The notes beneath the pieces are model-generated. The model made no database searches. It was not told the DNA's origin and was given only the letters and a program-made list of their open reading frames with translations. A DNA stretch of 64,000 nt from an uncultured Actinomycetes bacterium (GTDB lineage: Bacteria > Actinomycetota > Thermoleophilia > UBA2241): assembly GCA_963751565.1 (NCBI GenBank), contig CAVVVA010000014.1:40139-104138 (forward strand). Direction: 5' to 3'. Positions within the stretch are counted from its first letter, which is position 1. Each line of letters starts with the position of its first letter. Positions 46,364-56,572 of this stretch are shown in pieces. Position numbers and translations under genes: made by a program.

Positions 46364-47908
46364 ATGATCCCGGGCGCCATGAACGACGCGATCGACAACA
46401 CGATGGCCGGGACCGACGCGCTCGACAACACGCCGTTCGCGGGCGGCGCGGCCGACGACGCGCCGACCGGACCCGCCTCCCTTTCGCACGACCGCAGCGA
46501 TGTCGCCCGGCGATCCCGACGCGGCGGAGGCCGACGCCACCATGTCGTCGTGGTCGGCGGCGGCTTCGGCGGGATGTACGCCGCCAAGGACCTGGCCGGC
46601 GCGCCGGTCGACGTCACGCTCATCGACCGCGTGAACCATCACCTCTTTCAGCCCCTGCTGTACCAGGTGGCCACCGGCATTCTCGACGAAGGCTCGGTGG
46701 CGCCGGCGCTGCGCGGCGTGCTGCGCGGCCAGGCCAACGTCGAGGTGCTGCTCGCCGAGGTCACCGGCTTCGATCTCGAGGCCCGCACGGTCCGCGCGCT
46801 GGCCCCCGACGAACGGCCTCTGGCGATCGGCTACGACACGCTGGTCGTGGCGACCGGCGTGCAGACCGACTACTTCGGCCACGACGACTGGGCGGAAGCG
46901 GCCCCCGGGCTCAAGTCGCTCGAGGACGCGCGCTGGCTGCGCAGTCACATCCTCGGCGCCTTCGAGATGGCCGAGCTCGCCGACGACCCCGCCGAACGCC
47001 GCGCCTGGCTCACCTTCGTGGTCGTCGGGGCCGGACCGACAGGGGTCGAGCTCACCGGCGAGATCGCCACCCTCGCCCACCGCGTCCTGCCCAGGGACTT
47101 TCGCCACGTCGCCACGCGCGAGGCGCAGGTGATCCTGATGGACGCGGTTCCCACGATCCTGCCGCGGTTTCCCGAGTCGCTGCGCCGCAGGGCGGCCGCC
47201 GATCTGCGAGCGCTCGGTGTCGAGGTGCGGACGAACACGCTCGCTGTCGACATCGACGTCGCCGGCATGACCGTGCGGCGCAGCGACCACACCGGCGCGG
47301 GGACGGAACCCGACGAGCGGCTGGCGGCGCGCACGATCATCTGGGCGGCCGGAGTGCGGGCGGCGCCGGCGGCCGACGCCCTGGCGTCGGCCGCCGGCGC
47401 CGCCCGCGACCGCCTCGGCCGCCTGCTTGTCGAACCGAACCTGAGCCTGCCCGGCCATCCCGAGGTGTTCGCCGTCGGCGACATGATCGCCGTCGGAGAC
47501 CTGCCGGGCATCGCGCCGGTCGCCATGCAGGAGGGCCGGTTCGTCGCGAGCTTGATCGAAGCTCGCGTGACCGGCCGGCCCCTACCGCCGGCGTTTCGCT
47601 ACCACGACAAGGGCACCATGGCCACCGTCGGTCCGCGACGGGCGATCGTCGACGTCTACGGCCTGCGCGTCGGCGGCTTTCCCGGCTCGGTGATGTGGGC
47701 GTTCATCCACCTCTACTACCTGATCGGCTGGGGCAACCGCTGGGTCACCCTGCTGCGCTGGCTGCTGCAGATGACGACCCGCAACCGCAGCAACCGGCTG
47801 GTGGACGTGGAGCACGCGGCGAGCTGGCGCGAGCTGCGCCGCCGCGGCGAGGCGGCCACGCCGGGGCTCTGGGCGAAGATGCGCGGCAAGCGGGCCGACC
47901 CGGGCTGA
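46364..47908 (+). CDS. ndh: Type II NADH dehydrogenase / NADH:quinone oxidoreductase (NDH-2)
   Basis: Two dinucleotide folds (HVVVVGGGFGG; FVVVGAGPTGVE). C-terminal amphipathic region with Trp-rich motif. Confidence 0.85.
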   Translation: MIPGAMNDAIDNTMAGTDALDNTPFAGGAADDAPTGPASLSHDRSDVARRSRRGGGRRHHVVVVGGGFGGMYAAKDLAGAPVDVTLIDRVNHHLFQPLLYQVATGILDEGSVAPALRGVLRGQANVEVLLAEVTGFDLEARTVRALAPDERPLAIGYDTLVVATGVQTDYFGHDDWAEAAPGLKSLEDARWLRSHILGAFEMAELADDPAERRAWLTFVVVGAGPTGVELTGEIATLAHRVLPRDFRHVATREAQVILMDAVPTILPRFPESLRRRAAADLRALGVEVRTNTLAVDIDVAGMTVRRSDHTGAGTEPDERLAARTIIWAAGVRAAPAADALASAAGAARDRLGRLLVEPNLSLPGHPEVFAVGDMIAVGDLPGIAPVAMQEGRFVASLIEARVTGRPLPPAFRYHDKGTMATVGPRRAIVDVYGLRVGGFPGSVMWAFIHLYYLIGWGNRWVTLLRWLLQMTTRNRSNRLVDVEHAASWRELRRRGEAATPGLWAKMRGKRADPG

Positions 47909-47912
47909 ACGG

Positions 47913-48797
47913 TCAGCCAGCGCTGACGCCGCGCTCGCCGCCGCCCGCGCCGCCGCCCGCGCCGCCGCCCGCGGGGCCGCCCTCGCCGCCGCCCGTGTAG
48001 CGCGCCGCCAGCCGGCCGGTCCGGTTGCCGCCGGCGAGCGTCGCCTGCTGAAGCTCGCGGAGCTGATCGAAGATCGCCGGCGCGTCGTCGGACCCCGGCA
48101 CGCACACGACCTCGCCCAGCGCCAGTCCGGCGACGATCGCCCGCGCGCAGTCTGCGGAGCTCATGAGCGGCGGCGCCCCGGGTCGCCCGGCGAGCGGCCC
48201 CGCGCCGTGGAACTCGCTCTCGACCATGCCCGGCAGGCAGACCATCGCCCGCACCCCCGTGCCCTCGAGCTCGGCGGCCAGCGACTGGATGAACACGAGC
48301 TGGAACGATTTGGCCCCCGCATAGGTGGCCCGAGCGGCCATGCCGATCCGCAGCGGCCCGCCGAGCGAGAGCAGCGAGGAGACGTTGACCACCGCGCCGG
48401 CGCTGCGCGCGATCATGCCTGGCAGCGCCGCCCGGATGAGCGTGACCGGTGTGGTGACGTGGATGGCGATGGAGCGCCGCACGACGTCGGGATCGATCTC
48501 GGCGAAGGATCCGTACCCCGCGAAACCGGCGTTGTTGACCAGCAGCGACAGGCGCGGCTCGGCGGCCACGCGATCGGCGAGCCGGGCCACGTCGGCGTTC
48601 TCCGTCAGGTCGGCGACGACGACCTCCACCTGAGCGCCGGTGTCGGAGCCGAGCGCCGCCGCGACCGCCTCGAGGCGCTCGCGGCGGCGCGCGACAACGA
48701 TCAGATCGTGTCCGTCGCGCGCCAGCAGACCCGCCAGCGCGCGGCCGATGCCCGACGAGGCGCCCGTGACCAGGGCGAGTGGACGTGATGTGGGCAT
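47913..48797 (-). CDS. SDR-family oxidoreductase
   Basis: TGASSGIGRA, NNAG, and a YxxxK-equivalent region. Gly-rich C-terminal tail. Confidence 0.9.
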   Translation of the reverse strand: MPTSRPLALVTGASSGIGRALAGLLARDGHDLIVVARRRERLEAVAAALGSDTGAQVEVVVADLTENADVARLADRVAAEPRLSLLVNNAGFAGYGSFAEIDPDVVRRSIAIHVTTPVTLIRAALPGMIARSAGAVVNVSSLLSLGGPLRIGMAARATYAGAKSFQLVFIQSLAAELEGTGVRAMVCLPGMVESEFHGAGPLAGRPGAPPLMSSADCARAIVAGLALGEVVCVPGSDDAPAIFDQLRELQQATLAGGNRTGRLAARYTGGGEGGPAGGGAGGGAGGGERGVSAG

Positions 48798-48861
48798 GAG
48801 GCGCCTCCGAGGTTGGACTTGCGTGGCCTGCGGCCGGCGCGCGGTCGCCGGCGCAGACAGT

Positions 48862-50688
48862 CTACCCGGGAGCGGAGGTGTCGCGCTCCCGTGACTCGTC
48901 CGCTCCGGCCGGCGGAGGGGCCGCGCCCGGCGCCGCGGCCGCGGCCGTCGCAGCCGCGTCGTTCTTCGGCCCGAAGGCGTGCACGGCCTCGTCGACCGTC
49001 AGAAAGACGTGATCGGCGCCGATGTGACGGACCAGTCCGGCACGGGCCGTGTCGCGTGGCGCGTCGCCCGTCGCCCTGGCGACGGCGAAGTCGATGCCGC
49101 GCTGGTGCAGCTCGTGGACGACCTGCAGCAGCATCCGCCCGCCGGTGTAGTCGACGTCTTCTATGCCGGACGAGTCGAGCACGAAGAGGCTCGGCGGCGG
49201 CGCAGCCGCCGCCACGAGCTCGCGCACCCGGTCGCGAAAGTGGGTGGCGTTGGCGAAGTACAGCGGCGCGTCGATCCGGTAGGCCACGACGCCGGGCACG
49301 AGCTCAGCGTCGGGATTCTCGCTACGGGACCACCACACGGTCGTGCCGCGCACCCGGCCGAGCAATGCGTCGCGCGGCCGGGCGCTGCGCCAGGTGCGGT
49401 AGAGGATGGAGAGCATGATGGCCAGCAGGATCCCGGGACCGACCCCGAAGAACACCACGGTGCCCAGGGTGGCCACAGCCACCCCGAACTCGACCTTGTC
49501 GAAGCCGTAGATGGCGTGCAGGTCGTGCACGCGAAAGATGCGCAGGGCGACGTAGATGAGGACCGCGCCCAGCGTGGCATACGGCAGGTCGGTGAGCAGG
49601 CCGGCGGCGGCCACGATGAGCACGACGACGATCGCCGCGGCGGCCAGGCCCGGCACCTGGGAGCGACCGCCCGACGAGGTCACGACCGCGCTGCGCGGCG
49701 GGCTCGCGTTGACCGCGAAGCCGCCGACGAAGGCCGCCAGCGCGCTGCCGGCGCCCACGCCGATGAAGTCGCGGTCGACGTCGGTCTCAAAACCGCCCAG
49801 CTCGGCGAACGAGCGCGTCGTCGCCGAGGTCTGGGTGATCACGATGAGGGCCACCGCCAGGGCGCTGGGCAGCAGGCGCCAGACCAGATGGGCAGACAGC
49901 GGCGGCGCCTGCAGCGCCGGCAGGCCGGCGGGTAGCGCACCCAGCGTGGCGACGCCCCTGGCGGCCAGATCGAACGCCGCCGAGGCGGCCAGCGACAGGA
50001 TCACGGCGATGAGCGCGCCGGGCAGGCGGCGGCTGACGCGCTCGGCGGCGACGATGACGACGAAGACCGCGACGGCGACGGCCAGCGCGTACAGGTTGGT
50101 GTCGCTGAGGTGTCGCCCGACCCCGACGAGCTTCTGCAGCGCGTTGCCCGACGTGGCCGGCAGGCCCAGCACATCGGGCAGCTGACCGACGACGATCGTG
50201 ACCGCGATGCCGGCGAGAAACCCGGTGACGACCGGCACTGAGAGAAAGTCGGCGATCCACCCCATGCGCGCCACGCCGACCACCACGATCAGGGCTCCGA
50301 CGAGCAGCGAGAGCAGCGCCATATCGCCGCCGTACCTGGCGGAGCCCGCGCCGGCGACCGCCGCCACCGCGACCGCGAGCATGGGCGCGATCGTGGAGTC
50401 GGCGCCGACCGACATGGTGCGGTTCGCACCGAGCAAGGCGAACATGACCACGGCCGCCAGAAAGGCGTAGAGGCCGGCGACCACCGGCATGCCGGCGAGG
50501 TGGGCCGTGGCCAGCTGCTCGGGGATGGCGATGGCGACCAGCGTGACGCCCGCCACCAGGTCGAGCGGCAGGTAGGACGACCGGTACCCGGCAAGCCACG
50601 GCAGGGCGGCGGGGCGGCGGGGCCGCCTGGGCGGCCCCGCCGCCCCGCCGCCGTGTTCGGGCTCGCCGTTGTGCACAGGCGCCATCAT
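48862..50688 (-). CDS. SulP-family anion transporter with C-terminal STAS domain
   Basis: SulP TM core pattern and a STAS-like C-terminus (YRIDAPLYFANATHFRDRV...). Confidence 0.9.
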   Translation of the reverse strand: MMAPVHNGEPEHGGGAAGPPRRPRRPAALPWLAGYRSSYLPLDLVAGVTLVAIAIPEQLATAHLAGMPVVAGLYAFLAAVVMFALLGANRTMSVGADSTIAPMLAVAVAAVAGAGSARYGGDMALLSLLVGALIVVVGVARMGWIADFLSVPVVTGFLAGIAVTIVVGQLPDVLGLPATSGNALQKLVGVGRHLSDTNLYALAVAVAVFVVIVAAERVSRRLPGALIAVILSLAASAAFDLAARGVATLGALPAGLPALQAPPLSAHLVWRLLPSALAVALIVITQTSATTRSFAELGGFETDVDRDFIGVGAGSALAAFVGGFAVNASPPRSAVVTSSGGRSQVPGLAAAAIVVVLIVAAAGLLTDLPYATLGAVLIYVALRIFRVHDLHAIYGFDKVEFGVAVATLGTVVFFGVGPGILLAIMLSILYRTWRSARPRDALLGRVRGTTVWWSRSENPDAELVPGVVAYRIDAPLYFANATHFRDRVRELVAAAAPPPSLFVLDSSGIEDVDYTGGRMLLQVVHELHQRGIDFAVARATGDAPRDTARAGLVRHIGADHVFLTVDEAVHAFGPKNDAAATAAAAAPGAAPPPAGADESRERDTSAPG

Positions 50689-50788
50689 GACTATGGCCTT
50701 TCGCCGTTAGCCCCCTGCTACCCTTGGCGCGACGAGACCAGCGGCCGCCGCGCAGTCCCCGACCGCACCGACCAAGGAGGCTCCCCAC

Positions 50789-52195
50789 ATGACCATCGTC
50801 GGGAAGCGCGAGACCGGGACGGTCGCCGCACGCCGGGCCCTCGGCCGCGAGGCGCGCAAGGCGGCGCCGCGGGCCTCGCACGGTTCATGGGCTCCGAGCC
50901 CCGAGCGCCCCGACCCGATCGCTCTGCTGCGCGCCCAGGACGACGACCGCATGGCCGACCTGGTGCCGATCCGCTGGGGCCGCATGTCGGCCTCGCCGTT
51001 TGCCTTCTACCGCGGCTCGGCGGCCCTCATGGCCGCCGATCTGGCGCCCCTGGCGCGCACCGGCCTGTCGGCGCAGCTCTGCGGCGACGCCCACCTGGCG
51101 AACTTCGGCCTGTACGGCTCGCCCGAGCGCGAGCTGCTCTTCGACGTCAACGACTTCGACGAGACCCTGCCGGGACCGTTCGAGTGGGACTTGAAGCGTC
51201 TGGCCGCGAGCTTCGTGCTGGCCAGCCGCAACAACGGCTTCGGCGAGGACGTGGCCCGCGAGACGGCCCTGGCCGCGGTGCGCTCCTACCGCGAGCACAT
51301 GACCGCCTACTCAGAGATGAACGAGCTCGACGTGTGGTACTCGCACATCGTGGCCGACGAGCTGCTTCAGATGGTGCGCTCGAGCCGCGCCGCCGACACG
51401 GCCACGAAGGTGGCGGGCAAGGCCGGCATGAAGCTGGTCGAGAAGACCTTCGCCAAAGCGCGCCGCCGCGACAGCCTGCAGGCGGCCGGCAAGCTCACCG
51501 AAGTGGTCGACGGCTCGCGGCGCATCGTCGACCAGCCGCCGCTGGTCATGCACCTCAATGAGCTCGACGAGAACGAGGCGATCGGCGGCCTCTTTGCCCA
51601 GTACAAGACGACCCTCGAAGACGACCGCCGCGAACTGCTCGAGCGCTTCGCGGCCGTCGATGTGGCCCGCAAAGTGGTCGGCGTGGGCAGCGTGGGCACG
51701 CGCTGCCTCATCGTCTTGCTGCTCGGCCGCGACTCCGACGATCCCCTCTTCTTGCAGGTCAAGGAGGCCGGGCCCTCGGTGCTCGAGCCCTACCTGGGCC
51801 GCAGCCGCTTCGTCCACGCCGGCCACCGCGTCGTGGCCGGCCAGCGCCTCATGCAAACGGCGAGCGACATCTTCCTGGGCTGGATGACCGGCAAGCCGGC
51901 CGGCCGCCAGTTCTACTGGCGTCAGCTGCGCGACATGAAGGGTTCGATCGAAACCGAGGTCCTGAAGGCGCCGGGTCTGGAGATCCTCGCCGCCCTTTGC
52001 GGCTGGACGCTGGCCCGCGGCCACGCCCGCTCCGGTCACCGCATCGCCATCGCCTCGTACCTGGGCGTGAGCGACCGCTTCGACCAGGCCGTGGCCGACT
52101 TCGCCCAGACCTACGCCAACCAGGCCGAGCGCGACCACGCCGCCCTGCTCAAGGCGATCAAGGCCGGCAAGATCGCCGTCGAGACCGGGATCTGA
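50789..52195 (+). CDS. DUF2252-domain protein
   Basis: Blocks are conserved (SPFAFYRGSAALMAADLA; CGDAHLANFGLYGSPERELLFDVNDFDE). Confidence 0.8.
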   Translation: MTIVGKRETGTVAARRALGREARKAAPRASHGSWAPSPERPDPIALLRAQDDDRMADLVPIRWGRMSASPFAFYRGSAALMAADLAPLARTGLSAQLCGDAHLANFGLYGSPERELLFDVNDFDETLPGPFEWDLKRLAASFVLASRNNGFGEDVARETALAAVRSYREHMTAYSEMNELDVWYSHIVADELLQMVRSSRAADTATKVAGKAGMKLVEKTFAKARRRDSLQAAGKLTEVVDGSRRIVDQPPLVMHLNELDENEAIGGLFAQYKTTLEDDRRELLERFAAVDVARKVVGVGSVGTRCLIVLLLGRDSDDPLFLQVKEAGPSVLEPYLGRSRFVHAGHRVVAGQRLMQTASDIFLGWMTGKPAGRQFYWRQLRDMKGSIETEVLKAPGLEILAALCGWTLARGHARSGHRIAIASYLGVSDRFDQAVADFAQTYANQAERDHAALLKAIKAGKIAVETGI

Positions 52196-52228
52196 GCGTC
52201 ACGCCGGGGCGGCGCCCCGGTCTGCCCG

Positions 52229-53179
52229 TCAGACCGGGGCGCCGCCGTCGGGCGGCAGAGGCGCGAGAGCGTGGTGCGACGCCGCGCTCCAGCTTGCGCC
52301 GCCGGCCGCTATCATCACCGCCACGATCGCCGTGACGTCGAGGCCGCTCAGGGTCTGGCCGACGAGCACGAACCCGGTGAGCGCCGCGATCGCCGGCTCG
52401 AGGCTGAGCAGCACGCTGTAGGTGGCGGCGCGCACCAGCCGCAGGGCGACGAGCTCAACGAAGTAGGGCGCCGCCGACGACAGGAGCGCGACGAGCGCGC
52501 CCAGCGCGACCGCCGACGGATGCTGGCCGAGGCGCGGGGCGAACAGCAGGGCGACCGGGGTCAGCAGGATCGCCGAGCCGGTCACCATGAGCGTCGTCAC
52601 GTGCAGCGGTTCGAGCGTGCTGACGGCGCGCCTGCCGAGCACCAGGTAGAGGGCCCAGAACAGACCGGCCGAAAGCGAGAGCGCCAGGCCGCCGGGTCCG
52701 ATCGAGCCGCGCGGTCCGATGAGCGCCGCGATGCCGCCCGCCGCCAGGGCGACCCACACGAAGTCGATCGGCCGCCGCGAGCCGGCCACGGCCACCACCA
52801 GCGGGCCGGCGAACTCGATCGCCACCACGATGCCCAGCGGCGCCACCGAGATGGCGCCGTAGAAGCTCAGGTTCATGCCGAGCAGACTGAGCGCCAGCAG
52901 CGCCACGGTGGCGCGCTGCTCGCGCGGCGGCAGGCGCAGCGAGCGCGGCCGCACGGCGATCAGGATGAGCGCGGCGAGTCCCGTACGCAGCCAGAGCGCG
53001 TCGACGATCCCGACCGATCCGATGACCTTCGTGGCCAGCGCCGAGCCGCTCTGCATCGAGAAGGCGATCGCCACGACGAGCAGCGGCGCCAGCATCGGAC
53101 CACGTGCGCGCGGCGGCGCGGGCGGCGCGGGCCGCGCGGCGGACCCGCGCCCGCGCTCCGATGCCCCACGAGCGCTCAT
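52229..53179 (-). CDS. EamA/DMT-superfamily transporter
   Basis: Ten TM helices with duplicated EamA halves. Confidence 0.8.
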   Translation of the reverse strand: MSARGASERGRGSAARPAPPAPPRARGPMLAPLLVVAIAFSMQSGSALATKVIGSVGIVDALWLRTGLAALILIAVRPRSLRLPPREQRATVALLALSLLGMNLSFYGAISVAPLGIVVAIEFAGPLVVAVAGSRRPIDFVWVALAAGGIAALIGPRGSIGPGGLALSLSAGLFWALYLVLGRRAVSTLEPLHVTTLMVTGSAILLTPVALLFAPRLGQHPSAVALGALVALLSSAAPYFVELVALRLVRAATYSVLLSLEPAIAALTGFVLVGQTLSGLDVTAIVAVMIAAGGASWSAASHHALAPLPPDGGAPV

Positions 53180-53185
53180 CGATCG

Positions 53186-54619
53186 TCAGGCGTGCTCGGT
53201 GCCGGCGAGCGCGAGCCACACCCACAGGGCGCCGCCCAGGCAGAGCGCGGCGGCGGCGGCGAAGAGCACCGGAGCGCCGAGGCGCGCAAAGACGAAGCCG
53301 CCGATCGACGGGCCGACGATCGCGCCGATGCTCCAGCCGAAGGTCTGCGTCACGGCTTGACCGGTCGACAGCAGGCGCCGCGGCACGAGGCGTCCGACGA
53401 TCACCACGACACCGACGTAGCTGAGCGCGAAGGCCACACCGTCGCCGGTGGCCACGAGCGCCAGCGCAAGCGGCGAGTGCAGGAACGACCAGCACAGGAA
53501 CACGAGAGCGTAGGTCAGCGCACCGGCCACGAACATGGACCGCAGGCCGAAGCGCCGGCCCAGGCCGCCGCTCCAGCGCATCACCGGGATCTCGATCAGC
53601 GCGGCAAGGCCGGCGGCCAGGCCGACGAGGAACGGCCCGCCCCCGGTGCCCACGATCCGCAGGCTCACGAAGGCCAGCGCCGCGTAGCCGCCGACGCTCA
53701 CGATCACCATGCCGACCACGAACGAGGCGAGCCCGGGCGACTCCCGGAACACGTCGCCCAGGGCGCCGAAGCGCGACTCGGAACGCACCGGCGCCGGCGC
53801 ACCGGGCGGCAGGCGCAGCGTCCACAGGCCAAAGGCGATCGTGCCGGCGGCGTAGAGCGGCAGGACCGGGGCGAGGCCGACGACCTGGTACAGGGCGCCG
53901 AAGCCGACGACCGCGACACCCCAGCCGAGGCTCGCCCACAGCCTGATGCGGCCGTACTCGCTGATGCGCTCCTCGCCCAGATAGGCGACGGCGAGCGCGT
54001 CCGACAGCGGCGCCCCCGGCGACGAGCACATCGACATGAGCACCGCCACGAGCAGGATCGCCCAGAACGCCGAGCCGCTGACGGCGAGCGCCAGCGCGAA
54101 CAGCGCGGTCGCCGCCGACGACACGACAAGGACCCGGGCCGCGCCCAGCCGGGTGTCGGCCAGGTGGCTCCACAACGGCGCCGTCGAGGCCCCCACAGCG
54201 GCCGTCACGGCGAACACGAGGCCGATGCTCTGCGGCGTCAGGCCGCGGTCGCGCAGGAGCAGCGCGAAGAACGGGATGAACGCCGAGCCGCCGGCGCCGG
54301 CGATCAGAAAGAGCGTCCGCAACGACCACAGGCCGCCGAGGTCGGGCTTGACCCGGCGACGCCGACCGCCGAGGTCGGGCTTGACCCGACGACGCCGACC
54401 GCCACAACGGGGGCGCGCAGCCGGTTCGTCGCTCCCCTGATCGGCCTTGCGGGCTCCGTCGGCTCTGTCGGCCTGGCCGGCCTCACCGGCCTTGGCGGCC
54501 GTGGCGGTCTCGTCGGTCTCGTCGGCCCTACCGGCCTGATCTGCGTTGTCGGCCTTGTCGGCCTCGCCGTGTTGTGCGGCCCGGTCGCCCATAGGCTCGC
54601 ATCCTAGCAGCTGGGTCAC
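53186..54619 (-). CDS. MFS transporter with repetitive N-terminal extension
   Basis: 12-TM MFS core from about LWSLRTLFLIAG onward. The N-terminal ~95 aa are low-complexity (ADKADNADQAGRADETDE...) plus a duplicated RRRRVKPDLGG. Start is uncertain. Confidence 0.8.
   Translation of the reverse strand: MTQLLGCEPMGDRAAQHGEADKADNADQAGRADETDETATAAKAGEAGQADRADGARKADQGSDEPAARPRCGGRRRRVKPDLGGRRRRVKPDLGGLWSLRTLFLIAGAGGSAFIPFFALLLRDRGLTPQSIGLVFAVTAAVGASTAPLWSHLADTRLGAARVLVVSSAATALFALALAVSGSAFWAILLVAVLMSMCSSPGAPLSDALAVAYLGEERISEYGRIRLWASLGWGVAVVGFGALYQVVGLAPVLPLYAAGTIAFGLWTLRLPPGAPAPVRSESRFGALGDVFRESPGLASFVVGMVIVSVGGYAALAFVSLRIVGTGGGPFLVGLAAGLAALIEIPVMRWSGGLGRRFGLRSMFVAGALTYALVFLCWSFLHSPLALALVATGDGVAFALSYVGVVVIVGRLVPRRLLSTGQAVTQTFGWSIGAIVGPSIGGFVFARLGAPVLFAAAAALCLGGALWVWLALAGTEHA
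54331..54400. repeat. Direct ~35 bp tandem duplication (GCCGAGGTCGGGCTTGACCCG(A/G)CGACGCCGACC) inside the MFS 5' region, followed by degenerate 6-9 bp GGCC(T/G)(T/C)GTC-type tandem repeats to about 54600
   Basis: Seen directly in the sequence; encodes RRRRVKPDLGG x2. Confidence 0.6.
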
Positions 54620-54747
54620 GGTCGACGGCGGCTCGCGGCCACAAGCGGCGCGAGGCCTCGCGAGACGGCGGCGGCGAGGCGTTCGAACTCGAACGCCTCG
54701 CCGCCGCCGTCACCGGGCAATGCGCGCGGGTTGTGCGACCGGTCAGT

Positions 54748-55152
54748 CTACCGGCGTGGCCTGGCGCGCCGGTCGCTCACCGCGTAGACCGCACCGGCGT
54801 CGAGCACCGGGATCAGGAATCCGTCGCCGCCGCCGCGCGCGTCGTCGAGGGAGCGGTCGAGCGCGTACCGGAGCGCCGGCGTCGGCTCGACCAGCCACCG
54901 ATAGGTGTTCTCGAGGCCGCTGCCGACCGGCTGCGGCCCATGGACCGTCTCGCACCACGTGTCGCCGTCGTCGAGCAGCAGGTAGCGACGGCGGTGGGCG
55001 TGCGGCTCGGGATCGTCGATCAGCCAGGCCGAACGGGGGATGTCCTCGAAGGCCACCGTGCGATTGGGCGCGAGACCCAGCGAACGCATGGCCGCGAGAT
55101 ACTGGCGCACCAGCCTCTTGAGATGGACTCTCGTCGCACCTTCTCTTGTCAT
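54748..55152 (-). CDS. Hypothetical protein (~135 aa)
   Basis: Diverse composition (W, Y, F, N, H). ATG at 55152 within ORF 54748..55239. Confidence 0.4.
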   Translation of the reverse strand: MTREGATRVHLKRLVRQYLAAMRSLGLAPNRTVAFEDIPRSAWLIDDPEPHAHRRRYLLLDDGDTWCETVHGPQPVGSGLENTYRWLVEPTPALRYALDRSLDDARGGGDGFLIPVLDAGAVYAVSDRRARPRR

Positions 55153-55329
55153 GGCGTCCAAGAGAACTCCTGTCGCGGTCCGACCGTGTCGCAGGACCCG
55201 CCCGTTGGCCGTGAAGTGCGATGCGCGCGCCTGCGCCACCGCGTCTCTCCAATCTCAGTTTACACAAGAGAGCGTCCGGCTAGACACCCCGGTGGACGCG
55301 ACGCCGGCCATTTGCGCGATACTGTCGTC

Positions 55330-55794
55330 ATGCGCACCGGCTCGTCACGCTGGACACGGCTCGTCGTCGTCGCGATCTACGCGGCGGCGATGGCGGTCGC
55401 CGAAGCGATCGTCGTCTCCTACCTGCGCAGACTGTTCGCGCTGCAGTACTCCGCCGTCTTTGCGCCGGGTCGCTTCGTCTTTCCCCACGCCTACCTGCGA
55501 CACGAACAGATCCGCGAAGCCGCCACGATCGTCATGCTTCTGGCCGTGGCCTTCCTGGCCGGCCGCGGCCTGCTGCAGAAGCTCGCCTACTTCCTGCTGG
55601 CGTTCGGCGTATGGGACATCGGCTACTACGTGGCTCTCAAGGTGATGCTCGGCTGGCCGGCGTCGCTGGGCACGCACGACGTGCTGTTCCTCATGCCCCA
55701 TCAGTGGTGGGCGCCCGTCTGGCAGCCGCTGCTGGTCTCGAGCGCGTTCGTCGTCGCGGCGCCGCTGCTCCTGCTCCGGGCGCGACGGCGCTGA
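55330..55794 (+). CDS. Hypothetical membrane protein (~154 aa, 4 TM)
   Basis: Aromatic-rich TM segments (LAYFLLAFGVWDIGYYVALKVMLGWPASLGTHDVLFLMPHQWWAPVW). Confidence 0.55.
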   Translation: MRTGSSRWTRLVVVAIYAAAMAVAEAIVVSYLRRLFALQYSAVFAPGRFVFPHAYLRHEQIREAATIVMLLAVAFLAGRGLLQKLAYFLLAFGVWDIGYYVALKVMLGWPASLGTHDVLFLMPHQWWAPVWQPLLVSSAFVVAAPLLLLRARRR

Positions 55795-56080
55795 CGTTCA
55801 CGGACGGCACGACCCCGGAATCACACCAGTGGGGAGATTCTGAACCGAAACCTCGACCTGTACTCGAGGCCGACAGAAGCGCACGAACCCGCTCAGCGCT
55901 GTCCACGCCGCCGCCCCAGGCGCCGCCGGCCAGTCAGGCGCCACCCGGGCAGGCGCCGATACCCGAGGCGCGGGCCCGACGCGTGACGACGGCGTCTCGG
56001 CTGCGCGGCAGCGCCGCTTCACTTACACTGGTGACCTCGATCCCGCGCACTGCCGGGCTGATCCGGCGCAAGGAGCCGGC

Positions 56081-56560
56081 ATGACGACGACGGCAGCGGC
56101 AGTCACAGCGACCACCAGACGACCGGCGGCGCTCGTCGCACTGATCGTCGTGCAGCTCTTTCAGGCGGTCGGCGCCCTGGGTGGCGGCGCGGCGCTGGTC
56201 GCTTCACCCAGAGGCGGCATCATCAAGGTGCCGCTCCGCGACTTGAACGGCTCGCCGTTCAGCGACTTTCTCATCCCCGGGATTATCCTGTTCGTCGTGC
56301 TCGGGGTCGGCCCCCTGGTGGTCGCCTGGGCGCTGATCCGTCGGCCGCCGTCCGCGACGCTCGAGGCCCTGAATCCGGTCCGTCACGAGTACTGGGGCTG
56401 GACGCTGTCGGGCGTGATCGGCGTGGGGCTCGTCATCTGGATCGCCGTGGAGGTCCTGATCATCCCGTTCACGTTCCTGCAGCCCTTCTACGCCGCCGTC
56501 GGCATCGTCATCGTCCTCCTGACGCTCGCGCCGTCGGTGCGCGCCTTCTACCGCCGGTAG
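56081..56560 (+). CDS. Hypothetical membrane protein (159 aa, 4 TM)
   Basis: Hydrophobic segments with W/F/Y/I. Confidence 0.55.
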   Translation: MTTTAAAVTATTRRPAALVALIVVQLFQAVGALGGGAALVASPRGGIIKVPLRDLNGSPFSDFLIPGIILFVVLGVGPLVVAWALIRRPPSATLEALNPVRHEYWGWTLSGVIGVGLVIWIAVEVLIIPFTFLQPFYAAVGIVIVLLTLAPSVRAFYRR

Positions 56561-56572
56561 CGGCGAATCGCC

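Noticed and set aside
45415-48000. 861 aa + ORF spanning the MTAN, ndh and SDR region
   Set aside because: Implausible composition (runs of R, G, P, A). It contradicts three well-supported genes on both strands.
52271-54607. 778 aa + ORF antisense to the EamA and MFS transporter genes
   Set aside because: Highly charged R/E/D/Q/H/A low-complexity translation. The opposite strand encodes canonical 10-TM and 12-TM transporters.
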